Shown here: in pieces, positions 9,352 through 18,761 of the stretch
How the letters are laid out: each line of letters begins with the position of its first letter
Position numbering within the stretch: the stretch's first letter is position 1
From: an uncultured Chloroflexia bacterium
GTDB lineage: Bacteria; Chloroflexota; Dehalococcoidia; DSTF01; JALHUB01
Direction: 5' to 3'
Assembly (NCBI GenBank): GCA_963703345.1
Contig: OY969814.1
Coordinates: 2,025,462-2,089,461, forward strand
DNA: 64,000 bases
Made by a program: the position numbers and the translations under genes
Notes under the pieces: generated by a model
Databases searched by the model: none
The model's input: only the letters and a program-made list of their open reading frames with translations
What the model was told of the DNA's origin: nothing

Positions 9352-10785
9352 TTGAACGACATCGTTCCCCGGTTGGAGAGAGTGCTGAATCCGCGCAGCA
9401 TCGCTGTCGTCGGCGACAAGCGGGCGATGGGCTACTTCTGGCTGCGCAACATGAGCCCCTTCAACGGAAAGCTCTACTCCGTCCAGATCGACCCCAACGA
9501 GATACCAGGCATCACGGAATTGGGCGTGTCGAACTACGCCAGTCTCCTCGACGTGCCGGACGAGATCGACTACGTGGTCTGCGCCGTGCCGCGCCAGGTC
9601 GCGCCGCGCGTCGTCGCCGACTGCGCGGCGAAGAAGGTGGGCGGCGTTTCGCTGTTCACGTCGGGCTTCGCGGAGACGGGCGAGGCGGAGGGCATTCGCC
9701 TGCAGGAGGAGATTGCGGCGACGGCCAGGGAGGGAGGAATCGTCCTCATCGGGCCGAACTGCATGGGCGTCTACAATCGGCGGCTGGGCGTGCGGCAGTC
9801 GGTGGAGCAGCCGGCCGGCGACGCAGGCGACGTCGGCTTCATCTCGCACAGCGGCACGCACGCGATCAACTTCAGCCTGATGGGCGCGGTGCACGGCGTC
9901 AAGATCAGCAAGTCGGTGAGCGCGGGGAACTCAGCGGTCGTCGGGCCGGCGGACTACCTGGAGTACATGGCGCAGGACGCGGAGACGAAGGTCATCGCGA
10001 TGTATCTGGAGGGCGTGCAAGACGGTCGGCGCTTCTTCGAGCTGCTTCGCCGGACGGCGCCGCTGAAGCCGGTGGTAGTATGGAAGGGCGGTATCTCGGA
10101 GGGTGGTCGGCGCGCCATGTTCTCGCATACGGGCGGGCTGGCGACGTCGAACGCCGTCTGGCAGGCGCTGGTGCGGCAGTGCGGCGTCATCGCGACGGAC
10201 AGCCTCGACGAGACGGTGGACGCGGTCAAGACGCTGCTGCTCACGAAGCCGACGACCGGTCGCCGCATGGGGCTTGTCGCGCTCACCGGCGGGCAGTCGG
10301 TGGTAATCACGGACGCGTTCGAACGCGAGGGGCTGGAGGTGCCGCTTCTCAGCGAGCGGTCGTACGCGGAGCTGGCGGGTTTCTTCAACATCGTCGGCGG
10401 GAGCTATCGCAATCCGCTGGACGCCGGCGGGACGCTGGGGTTCGGCGCGTCGCCGGAGAACCTGGAACGAATGCTCGGCGTGCTGGAGGAGGACGAGGGC
10501 ATCGACGCGGCGGCGGTCGAGGTGTCGTCGCGGATGATGGCGCGGCATGCGCCCGCCGGAACGCAGTCGACGGACTGGCTGCCGGAGATGCTGGGGCGCC
10601 ACAGGGAAGAATCGGCCAAGCCGCTGATGGTGATCCTGCACCCGGGCCATCTGGAGGCGCTGGTGGCGCAGGAACGCTCGAAGTACGTGGAACGTGGCAT
10701 CGCTACGTTCGCGGGCTTCCAGCAGGCGGCACGGGCGTTCGCGAGGGCGGTGCGGTACCGTCGGTTCGTCGCGGGGGTGGAGTAG
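9352..10785 (+). CDS. acetate--CoA ligase (ADP-forming), CoA-binding/ligase (alpha) subunit
   Basis: PRSIAVVGDKR...LIGPNCMGVYN CoA-binding and succinyl-CoA-synthetase-like ligase domains; TTG start. Confidence 0.75.
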   Translation: MNDIVPRLERVLNPRSIAVVGDKRAMGYFWLRNMSPFNGKLYSVQIDPNEIPGITELGVSNYASLLDVPDEIDYVVCAVPRQVAPRVVADCAAKKVGGVSLFTSGFAETGEAEGIRLQEEIAATAREGGIVLIGPNCMGVYNRRLGVRQSVEQPAGDAGDVGFISHSGTHAINFSLMGAVHGVKISKSVSAGNSAVVGPADYLEYMAQDAETKVIAMYLEGVQDGRRFFELLRRTAPLKPVVVWKGGISEGGRRAMFSHTGGLATSNAVWQALVRQCGVIATDSLDETVDAVKTLLLTKPTTGRRMGLVALTGGQSVVITDAFEREGLEVPLLSERSYAELAGFFNIVGGSYRNPLDAGGTLGFGASPENLERMLGVLEEDEGIDAAAVEVSSRMMARHAPAGTQSTDWLPEMLGRHREESAKPLMVILHPGHLEALVAQERSKYVERGIATFAGFQQAARAFARAVRYRRFVAGVE

Positions 10786-10804
10786 CGACGTTCGTCCGCC
10801 ATGG

Positions 10805-10900
10805 GGGGTTCTTGTCGGCGCGACGAGCGAAGCGAGGAGCTCAACCAGAACGCGATCATCGCACTCGTCGCCAACCGATCGAAGGCACCATGGAAGTTGA
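10805..10900 (+). repeat. Interspersed GC-rich repeat, copy 1 (partial, + orientation)
   Basis: Shares core GGCGCGACGAGCGAAGCGAGGAGC...AACGCGATCA with copies at 16608, 24196, 24443 and 48976. Confidence 0.7.
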
Positions 10901-10944
10901 CGTCGCAGTCCGAGTCGTAGGTGTCGAGTAGCGGGAGGGATTCC

Positions 10945-12030
10945 ATGAAGGCAGCCGTTTTCTACCGGGCAAACCAGCCGCTTGCCATCGAAGAAGTGGA
11001 CATCGCGCCGCCAGGAAGGGGCGAAGTCCTCGTAAAGATCGCCGCATCCGGACTGTGCCACACCGACCTCCATTTCATGGAAGGCTTCTTTCCCTGGCCC
11101 ACGCCCGCCGTGCTCGGTCACGAAGCCGCCGGCGTCGTCGAACAAGTCGGCGAGGGCGTGACCAGCGTGCAGCCGGGCGACCACGTCGTCCTCTCCTCCT
11201 CGCCGGCCTGCGGCGTCTGCCGCTATTGCGTGGCCGGAAAGCCCTATCTCTGTACTGCTGCCGCTGGCTCGCATCAGATGAAGGACGGCACGAGCCGGCT
11301 GGCCCTTCATGGCGACGGCAAGCCCCTCTTCCACTTCCTCGGCGTCTCCTCTTTCGCCGAATATGCGGTCGTCTCCGAGCTGGCGATGGCGAAGGTGCGT
11401 GACGACGCTCCGCTGCAAAGCGTTAGCCTCGTTGGCTGCGCTGTCGCGACGGGGGTCGGCGCGGTCCTGAACACCGCGCGGGTCACCGCGGGCAAGAGCG
11501 TCGCTGTTTTCGGCTGCGGCGGCGTCGGGCTGAACGTCGTTCAGGGCGCGAACCTTGTCGGCGCCTGGCCGATCATCGCCGTCAACACGAAGGACGATAA
11601 GCTGGAGATGGCGAAGCAGTTCGGCGCCACGCACGTCGTCAATCCGGCGAAGGAGCACCCGGTCCTCAAGGTCCACGAGATCACCGGCGGCGCGGACTTC
11701 GCCTTCGAGGCTATCGGCGACGTCGAGGCGCTCGGCCAGGCGTTCGACTCGTTGGACCGTGGCGGCATGGCCGTCATGGTGGGCGTGCCACCGCTCGGCG
11801 CGAAGTACGCCGTGGACACGATGAACCTGTTCGGCGACAAGGTCCTCCGCGGCTGCGTCCTGGGCTCCGTGAACTTCCGCCGCGACTTTCCGATGCTGGT
11901 CGATTTCTATATGGCGAAGAAGCTCAAGCTGGACGAGCTGGTCACCCGCACCTTCCCGTTGGAAGCGATCAACGAGGGGTTTGAGCTGGTGAAAAGGGGC
12001 GAGGTGGCGCGCGCCGTCGTCACGTTCTAG
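10945..12030 (+). CDS. zinc-dependent alcohol dehydrogenase
   Basis: GLCHTDLH, GHEAAGVVE, C-x2-C-x2-C-x7-C structural Zn site, GCGGVGLNVVQGA Rossmann; GGGAGGGA RBS before ATG 10945. Confidence 0.85.
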   Translation: MKAAVFYRANQPLAIEEVDIAPPGRGEVLVKIAASGLCHTDLHFMEGFFPWPTPAVLGHEAAGVVEQVGEGVTSVQPGDHVVLSSSPACGVCRYCVAGKPYLCTAAAGSHQMKDGTSRLALHGDGKPLFHFLGVSSFAEYAVVSELAMAKVRDDAPLQSVSLVGCAVATGVGAVLNTARVTAGKSVAVFGCGGVGLNVVQGANLVGAWPIIAVNTKDDKLEMAKQFGATHVVNPAKEHPVLKVHEITGGADFAFEAIGDVEALGQAFDSLDRGGMAVMVGVPPLGAKYAVDTMNLFGDKVLRGCVLGSVNFRRDFPMLVDFYMAKKLKLDELVTRTFPLEAINEGFELVKRGEVARAVVTF

Positions 12031-12053
12031 ACTGAGCGCAGCCGGAGGTCGCG

Positions 12054-13685
12054 ATGGAGGTCCTTCGCTTCACGCTCACTGTGCCCGACGAGCGCAGCCG
12101 CCCGCAGCGCGGCGAGGTGCTGATCGCGGAACGCTGGCAGCCGGAGCTGGCAGAGAAGGCGCCGGAAGAGAGCAATCGCTTTCGGATCGTCGTTCTGCGT
12201 CAGCCGGCGCCGGGATCCGCGCGCGTGTCGTCCCCGAACGTCGCCATCGTGACGCCGTCTCGCCCGCTCGAAAGGCCGACCGCCGTAAGCGAGCCGCCGC
12301 TAATGTATGCGGTGCGTAGGCCGGGCGCCGCCCAGCCGGCTTTCCCCTCGCTTTCCGCGGCCGACATGGCCTCCTACGCGGAGGGGCGCATCCTGGCGGC
12401 GAGACCGCCGGGCGTGTCCATCAGCCGTATTTTCCCGGCGAGAGCGGGCGCGCCGCACCTGGAGCTGTTGGCCCGCGCTCTTCTCCGTCCCACCGACGAG
12501 CACGACGAGCCTTCGGAAGGAGGCCGCTTCCTCCTTGCGCTGGCGTCGGCTCTGGCGGCGCCGGCGATCTCGACGGCTGAGGCGTGGGACCAGGAGAGGG
12601 CGCTTGGGGGGCTGCGGGGACTACTGCAGCAAGCTGACGCGAAGCCGGCGGAAATGACGGACGCGGGCCCGCTCGCGGGCGTCCTCGCTGACTTGCGGAC
12701 CGTGGCAGCGGTGCAAATCGCGGAGGAAGCGCTCCACGAGGCGCAGCGCCTGTTCGGCGAGCCGATGGCCTTCGCTGACGCGGTCTTCGCCCTCCGCTGC
12801 CTGGCCAGGGATCCCGGTACGGCGCTCGAGCTGGCGGAGATGCGCGCCTACCTCGAAGCCATGGCCGTGCCCGACTCAACTTCGGACCTCGCTATGGACC
12901 GTCGGGTGACGCTGGAGCAGTTGTCGTACGCGGCGCTGTTCATGGAGCCGCACAGCTTCGAGGCTATGCGCGCTACTTTCGAATACCTGCGCAAGCGCTT
13001 CGCCGCCACATACCGGGAGCACCACCGTCGCTACTGGGAAGGCTGCGACGTCATCGCACGGATTCTGGAGGAGCGGGAAAGCACGGCGCGCGCCCTCATT
13101 CGCCTGAACAGCATCAGCGAGCTTGGAAAGCCGGTCGGCCTGAACGGGCTGGCGCGCTATCAGGAGATGCGGACAGCGCTGGCCGGCTGCCCGCTTGACG
13201 AGGCGCTGCCGGAGAGCCTGAAGAAGACGCCGGCCTGTCCAATGTGCTCGACGACTCTGGCGGACGAGCCGCCGGAGCCGGCCGCCCGCGACGTGCTGCG
13301 TCGCCTGGAGCGGGCGCTGCGGGAACAGCAGAACCGGCTGTCGAGCATCGCCATCCGAAACATCCTGGCGTGGCAGAAGGGCGAGAAGATCGAGCAGTTC
13401 CTTCAGGTGGTGCAGGCGAGCGATCTGGGCGGCCTCGCGGAGGTGCTCGACGACGAGCTTGTGGCCTTCCTGCGGGAGATGCTCGGCGCGCCGACGCCCG
13501 CGTCGTCGGTGCTCGAGCGGCTGGCGCGGAGCCACCCCGAGGTGAGCGCGACGTCGTTGGAGGAGACGGTCGAAGAGTTCCGGCGTCTCCTCGCCGAGGA
13601 GCTTGCGGCTCAGAGCGCGGCCAATCCGGCACGGCAGGCGCGGGTCGTTCTCGATGCCGGCGCGGCGTCGAAGACGAGAAAGTAG
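12054..13685 (+). CDS. hypothetical protein (543 aa, alpha-helical, Ala/Leu/Arg/Glu-rich; Cys pair C-x14-CPMC)
   Basis: High-GC3 ORF with GGAGGT RBS; no domain I can assign; sits between adh and pth with 11-24 bp gaps. Confidence 0.6.
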   Translation: MEVLRFTLTVPDERSRPQRGEVLIAERWQPELAEKAPEESNRFRIVVLRQPAPGSARVSSPNVAIVTPSRPLERPTAVSEPPLMYAVRRPGAAQPAFPSLSAADMASYAEGRILAARPPGVSISRIFPARAGAPHLELLARALLRPTDEHDEPSEGGRFLLALASALAAPAISTAEAWDQERALGGLRGLLQQADAKPAEMTDAGPLAGVLADLRTVAAVQIAEEALHEAQRLFGEPMAFADAVFALRCLARDPGTALELAEMRAYLEAMAVPDSTSDLAMDRRVTLEQLSYAALFMEPHSFEAMRATFEYLRKRFAATYREHHRRYWEGCDVIARILEERESTARALIRLNSISELGKPVGLNGLARYQEMRTALAGCPLDEALPESLKKTPACPMCSTTLADEPPEPAARDVLRRLERALREQQNRLSSIAIRNILAWQKGEKIEQFLQVVQASDLGGLAEVLDDELVAFLREMLGAPTPASSVLERLARSHPEVSATSLEETVEEFRRLLAEELAAQSAANPARQARVVLDAGAASKTRK

Positions 13686-13696
13686 AAGGGAACGAG

Positions 13697-14413
13697 ATGC
13701 CCTACCCTACCGGGTTCCGATCATTTCTTGCGGGCAGAAAGCGCGCCGAAGAAGTCCGACGTAAGATCCGGCCCGTTGAGCCCGGCGAGTCGCCGGCGGT
13801 GCCGGGCAAGTGGCTAATCCTGGGCCTCGGCAACCCCGGCCGCGACTACGCCCATAACCGCCACAACGTCGGCTCTTGGTGTGTCAACCGGCTCGCGCGC
13901 AGCTACGGAATAGACATGCGCAGCCGAACGTCGATCGCGACGCTGGGAGAGGGCATGATCGAGGGTAGGGACGTTGTGCTGGCGAAGCCGCGCACTTTCA
14001 TGAACAACAGCGGCGACGCGGCGGCGGCCCTCGTCAAGCGCTTTCGCATCCTGCCGGAGCGACTGCTCGTCATCTGCGATAGCATAGACCTGCCGGTGGG
14101 CGCCGTCCGAGTGCGGGCGAGAGGCAGCCACGGCGGCCATAACGGGCTCAGGTCCATCGTTGAGCGCCTGAGCGTCGATACATTTCCGCGAATACGCATC
14201 GGCATCGGACGGCCGGTCGTGAACGGCGAGCCGTCATACGACCCGGAGGTGATAGCGGACTACGTGCTCAGCGATCCGCCGCCTTCGGAGCGACGGGCGC
14301 TGGACGAGACGGTGGAGACGGTCATCGCCGCAGCGGCCTGTGTGCTCGAACAGGGCGTCGAAGCGGCGATGAGACGGTTCAACCGCGACCAGGCGGCGGA
14401 GGAGCCGGACTAG
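13697..14413 (+). CDS. pth: peptidyl-tRNA hydrolase
   Basis: LILGLGNPGRDYAHNRHNVG and HGGHNGLRS motifs; start uncertain (an N-terminal extension is possible). Confidence 0.8.
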   Translation: MPYPTGFRSFLAGRKRAEEVRRKIRPVEPGESPAVPGKWLILGLGNPGRDYAHNRHNVGSWCVNRLARSYGIDMRSRTSIATLGEGMIEGRDVVLAKPRTFMNNSGDAAAALVKRFRILPERLLVICDSIDLPVGAVRVRARGSHGGHNGLRSIVERLSVDTFPRIRIGIGRPVVNGEPSYDPEVIADYVLSDPPPSERRALDETVETVIAAAACVLEQGVEAAMRRFNRDQAAEEPD

Positions 14414-15063
14414 AGCGCCGGCTTGAGGACGACGGTCTCCGTCTCGGCGGGCAAGGCGTCCTTCTTTATCTCTACCTCGCTGGAATTCAGAACGCGCAGG
14501 CGCTGTCGCATCTTCTGGAAGGCTTCCGCGGTCGAGACGGGGAAGTCGCGGGCGTGCTCCGTCTGGAAGTGCATGGGGATGGCGATCTTCGGCTGGATCT
14601 GGTCGACGACGCGGTTGGCGGTGGCGGCGTCGATGGTGAAGTTGCCGCCGACGGGCACGAGCACGACATCGACGGGGCCGATCTCGCCGACCGTCTTCTG
14701 CGATAGCTCGTGGCCGAGGTCGCCGAGGTGGCACAGGCGCACACCGTCGAGGCTGAAGCAGAAGACGGTGTTGGAGCCACGCTGAGCGCCGGAGGCCTGA
14801 TCGTGGCTGGTGGGCACACCCTTGAACTCGATGCCCTTCACGTTGTGGACGCCGGGGCCGCGCACGATCTCGGGACTGCCCTTGACGGCCTCGACGTTGT
14901 TGTGGTCCTGGTGCTCGTGGCTGACGGTGACAACGTCCGCCTCTTCAGCCGGAGGAGCGTAGGCGAGCCCGAAGGCGCCGGGCGTATAGGGGTCGGTCAT
15001 AACGCGGTCGCCGTCGTCGGCGGTGAGGAGAAAGCAGGCGTGTCCGAGCCATTTGACCTTCAT
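14410..15063 (-). CDS. metal-dependent hydrolase, MBL fold (UPF0173-like)
   Basis: MKVKWLGHACFLL...HEHQDHNNV; GGAAGGGAGG RBS before ATG 15063. Confidence 0.75.
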   Translation of the reverse strand: MKVKWLGHACFLLTADDGDRVMTDPYTPGAFGLAYAPPAEEADVVTVSHEHQDHNNVEAVKGSPEIVRGPGVHNVKGIEFKGVPTSHDQASGAQRGSNTVFCFSLDGVRLCHLGDLGHELSQKTVGEIGPVDVVLVPVGGNFTIDAATANRVVDQIQPKIAIPMHFQTEHARDFPVSTAEAFQKMRQRLRVLNSSEVEIKKDALPAETETVVLKPAL

Positions 15064-15129
15064 GTGGGGCCTCCCTTCCTGGTCTTGAGACAATGATAGC
15101 ACACGGCGCCGATTCGTCCTCTGCTTCGC

Positions 15130-15160
15130 TTGGACAACCAGCCGCGGCAGAGATTAGAAT
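15130..15160 (+). promoter_or_regulatory. Sigma70-like promoter upstream of sigma/anti-sigma fusion gene
   Basis: TTGGAC-18/19 nt-TTAGAAT. Confidence 0.35.
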
Positions 15161-15202
15161 GTAAGGAGTCTTTCGGTCGGGCCGGACATAAGGGGGATAG
15201 GG

Positions 15203-16570
15203 ATGACATCGGCGGAGGACGGGCCTCAAGGTACGAGCAACAACGTCGATAGCGCGGCGAAGCTGTTCGATCTCCATTTCGATCGCGTATACGATTTCTG
15301 TCTGCGAACGCTGGGGATGCCGGAAGCGGCGTCGGAAGCAGCGGAGGAAGCGTTCCGAAGGGCGCTTACTCCTCCTGCGCCGGCGCTGGTGGCCGCGTCC
15401 TTCGACGTGCGGCTGTTTTCCGCCGCCCTGGATGCGATGGAGCCACGCCTGAATCTGCGGCATCCGGGCTCGATTGGCAGCAACCCGCTCTTCCACCAGG
15501 TGGACGTCCAGCGACTGAGCGACGCCACGCGGGCGCCGTCGGCGCAGGAGACGGCGGGAGTCATCTGGGAGACGGTGTCGCGCCTGGACCCGGCGGACAG
15601 CGTTCTGCTGGACCTGCGCTATCGCCAGAACTTCGCGGAGGCGGACCTGGCGAAGATCTTGAGCACGAGCGAGGGCGCGATCAAGGCACGGTTGACGAAG
15701 CTGGTCAAGAAGATCGAGCCGGAGCTGTCGGCGCTCATCCTCGGCAGGCGCGGGAGTCGCAACTGCGACGGGATGCGGCGCGCCATGCTGGGGCTGCCCA
15801 TTGCAGCGACGCGTGGCCAGGTGAAGAAGGTGGTGGACAAGCATACGCGCTCCTGTCCGCTGTGCACGGCTACGCGGATGGGAATGGCATCGCCGCTGGC
15901 AGTGCTGGCCGCCTTCTCGCTCGTCGCGCCTTCGGCCAGCGAGAGCGAGGCGGTGAAAGAGCGTCTGCTGGCCGCAGCCGCGTCGCTGCCGGCCTTAGCG
16001 CTGCCGGTCGCGGCGGCGACGCCTAAGCGAGCGCCCGTTGCGCCACCGACGCTATCACCGGTCGCGGGCGGGGGAGCGCTGGGAGGGGGCGGGCCGCCGG
16101 GGATACTGGTGGGCCTCGCGTCACTATGGCGCAACCTTTTCGGAAACCTGAGCCTGTCGGGCAGCAAGGCCCTGCCGATAATGGGGGCGGTGCTCGTTCT
16201 TGGCGTTGCGATCGGAATCGCCTTCGGCACGGGCGTGTTCGGAGGCGGAGGAGGCGGGAGCCCAACGCCGACGCGCACGCCTACCGTGACGAAGACGGTG
16301 ACCTCAACGCCTTCACCGAAAGCGACGGCGACGCCCGAGGAGACGCCCACGCCCACGGAAGAGGCGACATCGACGAGCGAGGCTGCGACGGCCACGCCCG
16401 AGTCGCCGACGGCCACACCGTCGCATGCCGCGACCAGCCCAACACCGAAGCCGACGGCGACGCCGAAGACGCCGACGGCGACTGCGGAAGCGACGGAGAC
16501 AGCGACGTCGCCTACCGCCACGCGAACGCCGAAACCAACGAAAACGCCGACGCCGGTTTTAACGCCTTAG
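15203..16570 (+). CDS. ECF-sigma-like region2/region4 fused to zinc-finger anti-sigma-like domain, TM helix and Pro/Thr-rich tail
   Basis: LFDLHFDRVYDFCLRTLG (region 2-like), VLLDLRYRQNFAEADLAKILSTSEGAIKARL (region 4 HTH), HTRSCPLC, hydrophobic segment, ~110-aa TPT/PKPT low-complexity C-terminus. Confidence 0.6.
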   Translation: MTSAEDGPQGTSNNVDSAAKLFDLHFDRVYDFCLRTLGMPEAASEAAEEAFRRALTPPAPALVAASFDVRLFSAALDAMEPRLNLRHPGSIGSNPLFHQVDVQRLSDATRAPSAQETAGVIWETVSRLDPADSVLLDLRYRQNFAEADLAKILSTSEGAIKARLTKLVKKIEPELSALILGRRGSRNCDGMRRAMLGLPIAATRGQVKKVVDKHTRSCPLCTATRMGMASPLAVLAAFSLVAPSASESEAVKERLLAAAASLPALALPVAAATPKRAPVAPPTLSPVAGGGALGGGGPPGILVGLASLWRNLFGNLSLSGSKALPIMGAVLVLGVAIGIAFGTGVFGGGGGGSPTPTRTPTVTKTVTSTPSPKATATPEETPTPTEEATSTSEAATATPESPTATPSHAATSPTPKPTATPKTPTATAEATETATSPTATRTPKPTKTPTPVLTP

Positions 16571-16607
16571 GTGTGGCGTAGCGATAGGCGCAGTGGCCGC
16601 GCTCGGG

Positions 16608-16768
16608 GTTGCGTCCGCCTCCGGCGGACGCCGAAGCCACGCCGTTTCCTGCAACGAAGCCTCATGCTACGTCGACCCTCCATGTCTTCTTCGCAACGGC
16701 AGTGAGAGGCGTGCTGATCGCGTTCCGGTTGCGCTCCTCGCTTCGCTCGTCGCGCCGAGACCACGCCG
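16608..16768 (-). repeat. Interspersed GC-rich repeat, copy 2 (- orientation), with terminal hairpin GCGTCCGCC-TCC-GGCGGACGC
   Basis: ~85% identical to copy at 24196-24345 over ~150 nt after reverse-complementing. Confidence 0.75.
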
Positions 16769-16849
16769 TCGACTGCAACCTTCACCGCAACTCGTCACGC
16801 ACGCCCCTCCCCTGACCCCCGAACGATAGCGTGTTATACTCGTTTAGGC

Positions 16850-18721
16850 ATGTATGTAATCGGCACCGCCGGACACGTCGACCACGGCAAATCAGTCCTC
16901 GTCAGAGCCCTGACCGGCATTGACCCCGACCGTCTCCAGGAGGAGAAGGAACGGGGGATGACCATCGACCTCGGCTTCGCCTGGCTGACGCTGCCGAGCG
17001 GTCGCGAAGTGAGCATCGTCGACGTGCCGGGGCATGAGCGCTTCATTAAGAACATGCTGGCCGGCGTCGGCGGAATCGACCTCGCACTACTGGTCGTCGC
17101 CGCGGACGAAGGCGTTATGCCGCAGACCCGCGAGCACCTGGCGATCCTCGACCTGCTGCAATTGAAAAGCGGGATCATCGTCATCACCAAGAAAGACCTG
17201 GTCGAAGGGGACTGGATCGAGATCGTGGCGGAGGACGTAAGGGAGGCGGTCAAAGACAGCGTGCTGGAAGGGGCGCCGCTCGTCGCCTGCTCCGCCGTCA
17301 CAGGCGAAGGGCTCGACGAGCTTCTGACCGTCATCGACCGCAAGCTGGCGGAGACGCCGCCGAAGCGAGACATCGGCCGGCCGCGCCTGCCCATCGACCG
17401 CGCCTTCACGATAGCCGGCTTCGGCACGGTGGTGACTGGCACGCTCATCGACGGCAGCTTCAGCGTCGGCCAGGAAGTGACGATTGTGCCGAGGGAACTG
17501 CGGGCGCGCATCCGCGGCCTGCAATCGCACCGGCAGAAGGTGGAGCGAGCGTCGCCCGGGACGAGGACGGCAATAAACCTCTCCGGCGTGTCGGCGGATG
17601 AGCTGCAGCGCGGCCAGGTGGTCGCCCCGCCGGATGCATTGCCGTCGACTACGGCCGTCGACGTGCGGCTGCGAGCCATCAGAGCGCTGCGTCGCCCGAT
17701 ACGCCATAATGCCCGGCTCTCGTTCCATACCGGCGCGAGCGAGGTCTGGGGCAAGCTGCGTCTGCTGGACGGCGATGAGCTGGGGCCAGGCGAGGAAGGC
17801 TGGGCACAGATACGCCTCGACGAGCCGGTGGCGGTTCTGGCCGGCGACCTGTTCGTCGTGAGGGACGCCAACGACACCCTGGGCGGCGGGCAAGTGGTCG
17901 AGGCGCGCGGGCGGCGGCATCGTCGCCACGACGCCCGAACTCTCGATGCGCTGTCGTCGTTGCAGGCGGGTTCGCCGGAAGAAAGGTTCATCACGATCAT
18001 CGAGCAGCGGCAGCCGCTGGAGCAGGAGGCGCTTCTCAGGCAGCTCGGGCTGCCGGAAGAGGAGGCGCTGAAGTTGCTGGCGCGACTGGTCGATTCGGGG
18101 GAGGTGGTGGCGCTGGGAGGCGGGCCGGTCGGCGATGGCGCGGCGCTGTTCACGAAGGAAGCGTTCGGCGCGCTGGCGAACAAGGCCCATCGCTCGATAT
18201 CACAGTACTACAAGGAGCACCCGCTGCGTTTAACGATGCCGAAAGAGGAGCTGCGGAGCCGCCTGGGGCTGCAATCGCGGCTGTTCAGCGCCGCGGTGAA
18301 GCGCTGGCAGGAGGCGGGACGGCTGAGCGAGGCGACTGCCGGCGTGGGCCTGCCCGGCCACGAGGTCGATCTGTCCGCGCAACAGAAGGCGCAAGCGGAC
18401 GCCTTCCTCCGCGACCTCGGTGCGAATCCGTTCGCGCCGAAATCGGACAACTGGCCGGACGACGAGCTAGTGGCGTACCTGGTCGAGAGGCGGCAGGTCG
18501 TGGTGCTGGCGGAAGGCGTGGCCTTTTCGACGGCGGCTTACCGGGAGATGGTCGAGCGCGTCGTCGCCCACCTGCGGGAGCACGGCAAGCTGACGCTGGC
18601 GGAGGCGCGTGATATGTTCGAAACGAGCCGCAAATACGTCCAGGCGCTGCTCGAGCACCTCGACGCGGAAAAGGTGACGCAACGCGTGGGCGAGGAACGG
18701 GTATTGCGGCCGGGGCGGTAA
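16850..18721 (+). CDS. selB: selenocysteine-specific translation elongation factor
   Basis: [18 protein letters not shown]...[12 protein letters not shown] GTPase motifs plus long winged-helix C-terminal extension. Confidence 0.85.
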   Translation: MYVIGTAGHVDHGKSVLVRALTGIDPDRLQEEKERGMTIDLGFAWLTLPSGREVSIVDVPGHERFIKNMLAGVGGIDLALLVVAADEGVMPQTREHLAILDLLQLKSGIIVITKKDLVEGDWIEIVAEDVREAVKDSVLEGAPLVACSAVTGEGLDELLTVIDRKLAETPPKRDIGRPRLPIDRAFTIAGFGTVVTGTLIDGSFSVGQEVTIVPRELRARIRGLQSHRQKVERASPGTRTAINLSGVSADELQRGQVVAPPDALPSTTAVDVRLRAIRALRRPIRHNARLSFHTGASEVWGKLRLLDGDELGPGEEGWAQIRLDEPVAVLAGDLFVVRDANDTLGGGQVVEARGRRHRRHDARTLDALSSLQAGSPEERFITIIEQRQPLEQEALLRQLGLPEEEALKLLARLVDSGEVVALGGGPVGDGAALFTKEAFGALANKAHRSISQYYKEHPLRLTMPKEELRSRLGLQSRLFSAAVKRWQEAGRLSEATAGVGLPGHEVDLSAQQKAQADAFLRDLGANPFAPKSDNWPDDELVAYLVERRQVVVLAEGVAFSTAAYREMVERVVAHLREHGKLTLAEARDMFETSRKYVQALLEHLDAEKVTQRVGEERVLRPGR

Positions 18722-18761
18722 TGGAACGTGGGATGGCGCGTTAGACACATTAGGTCGAAAC

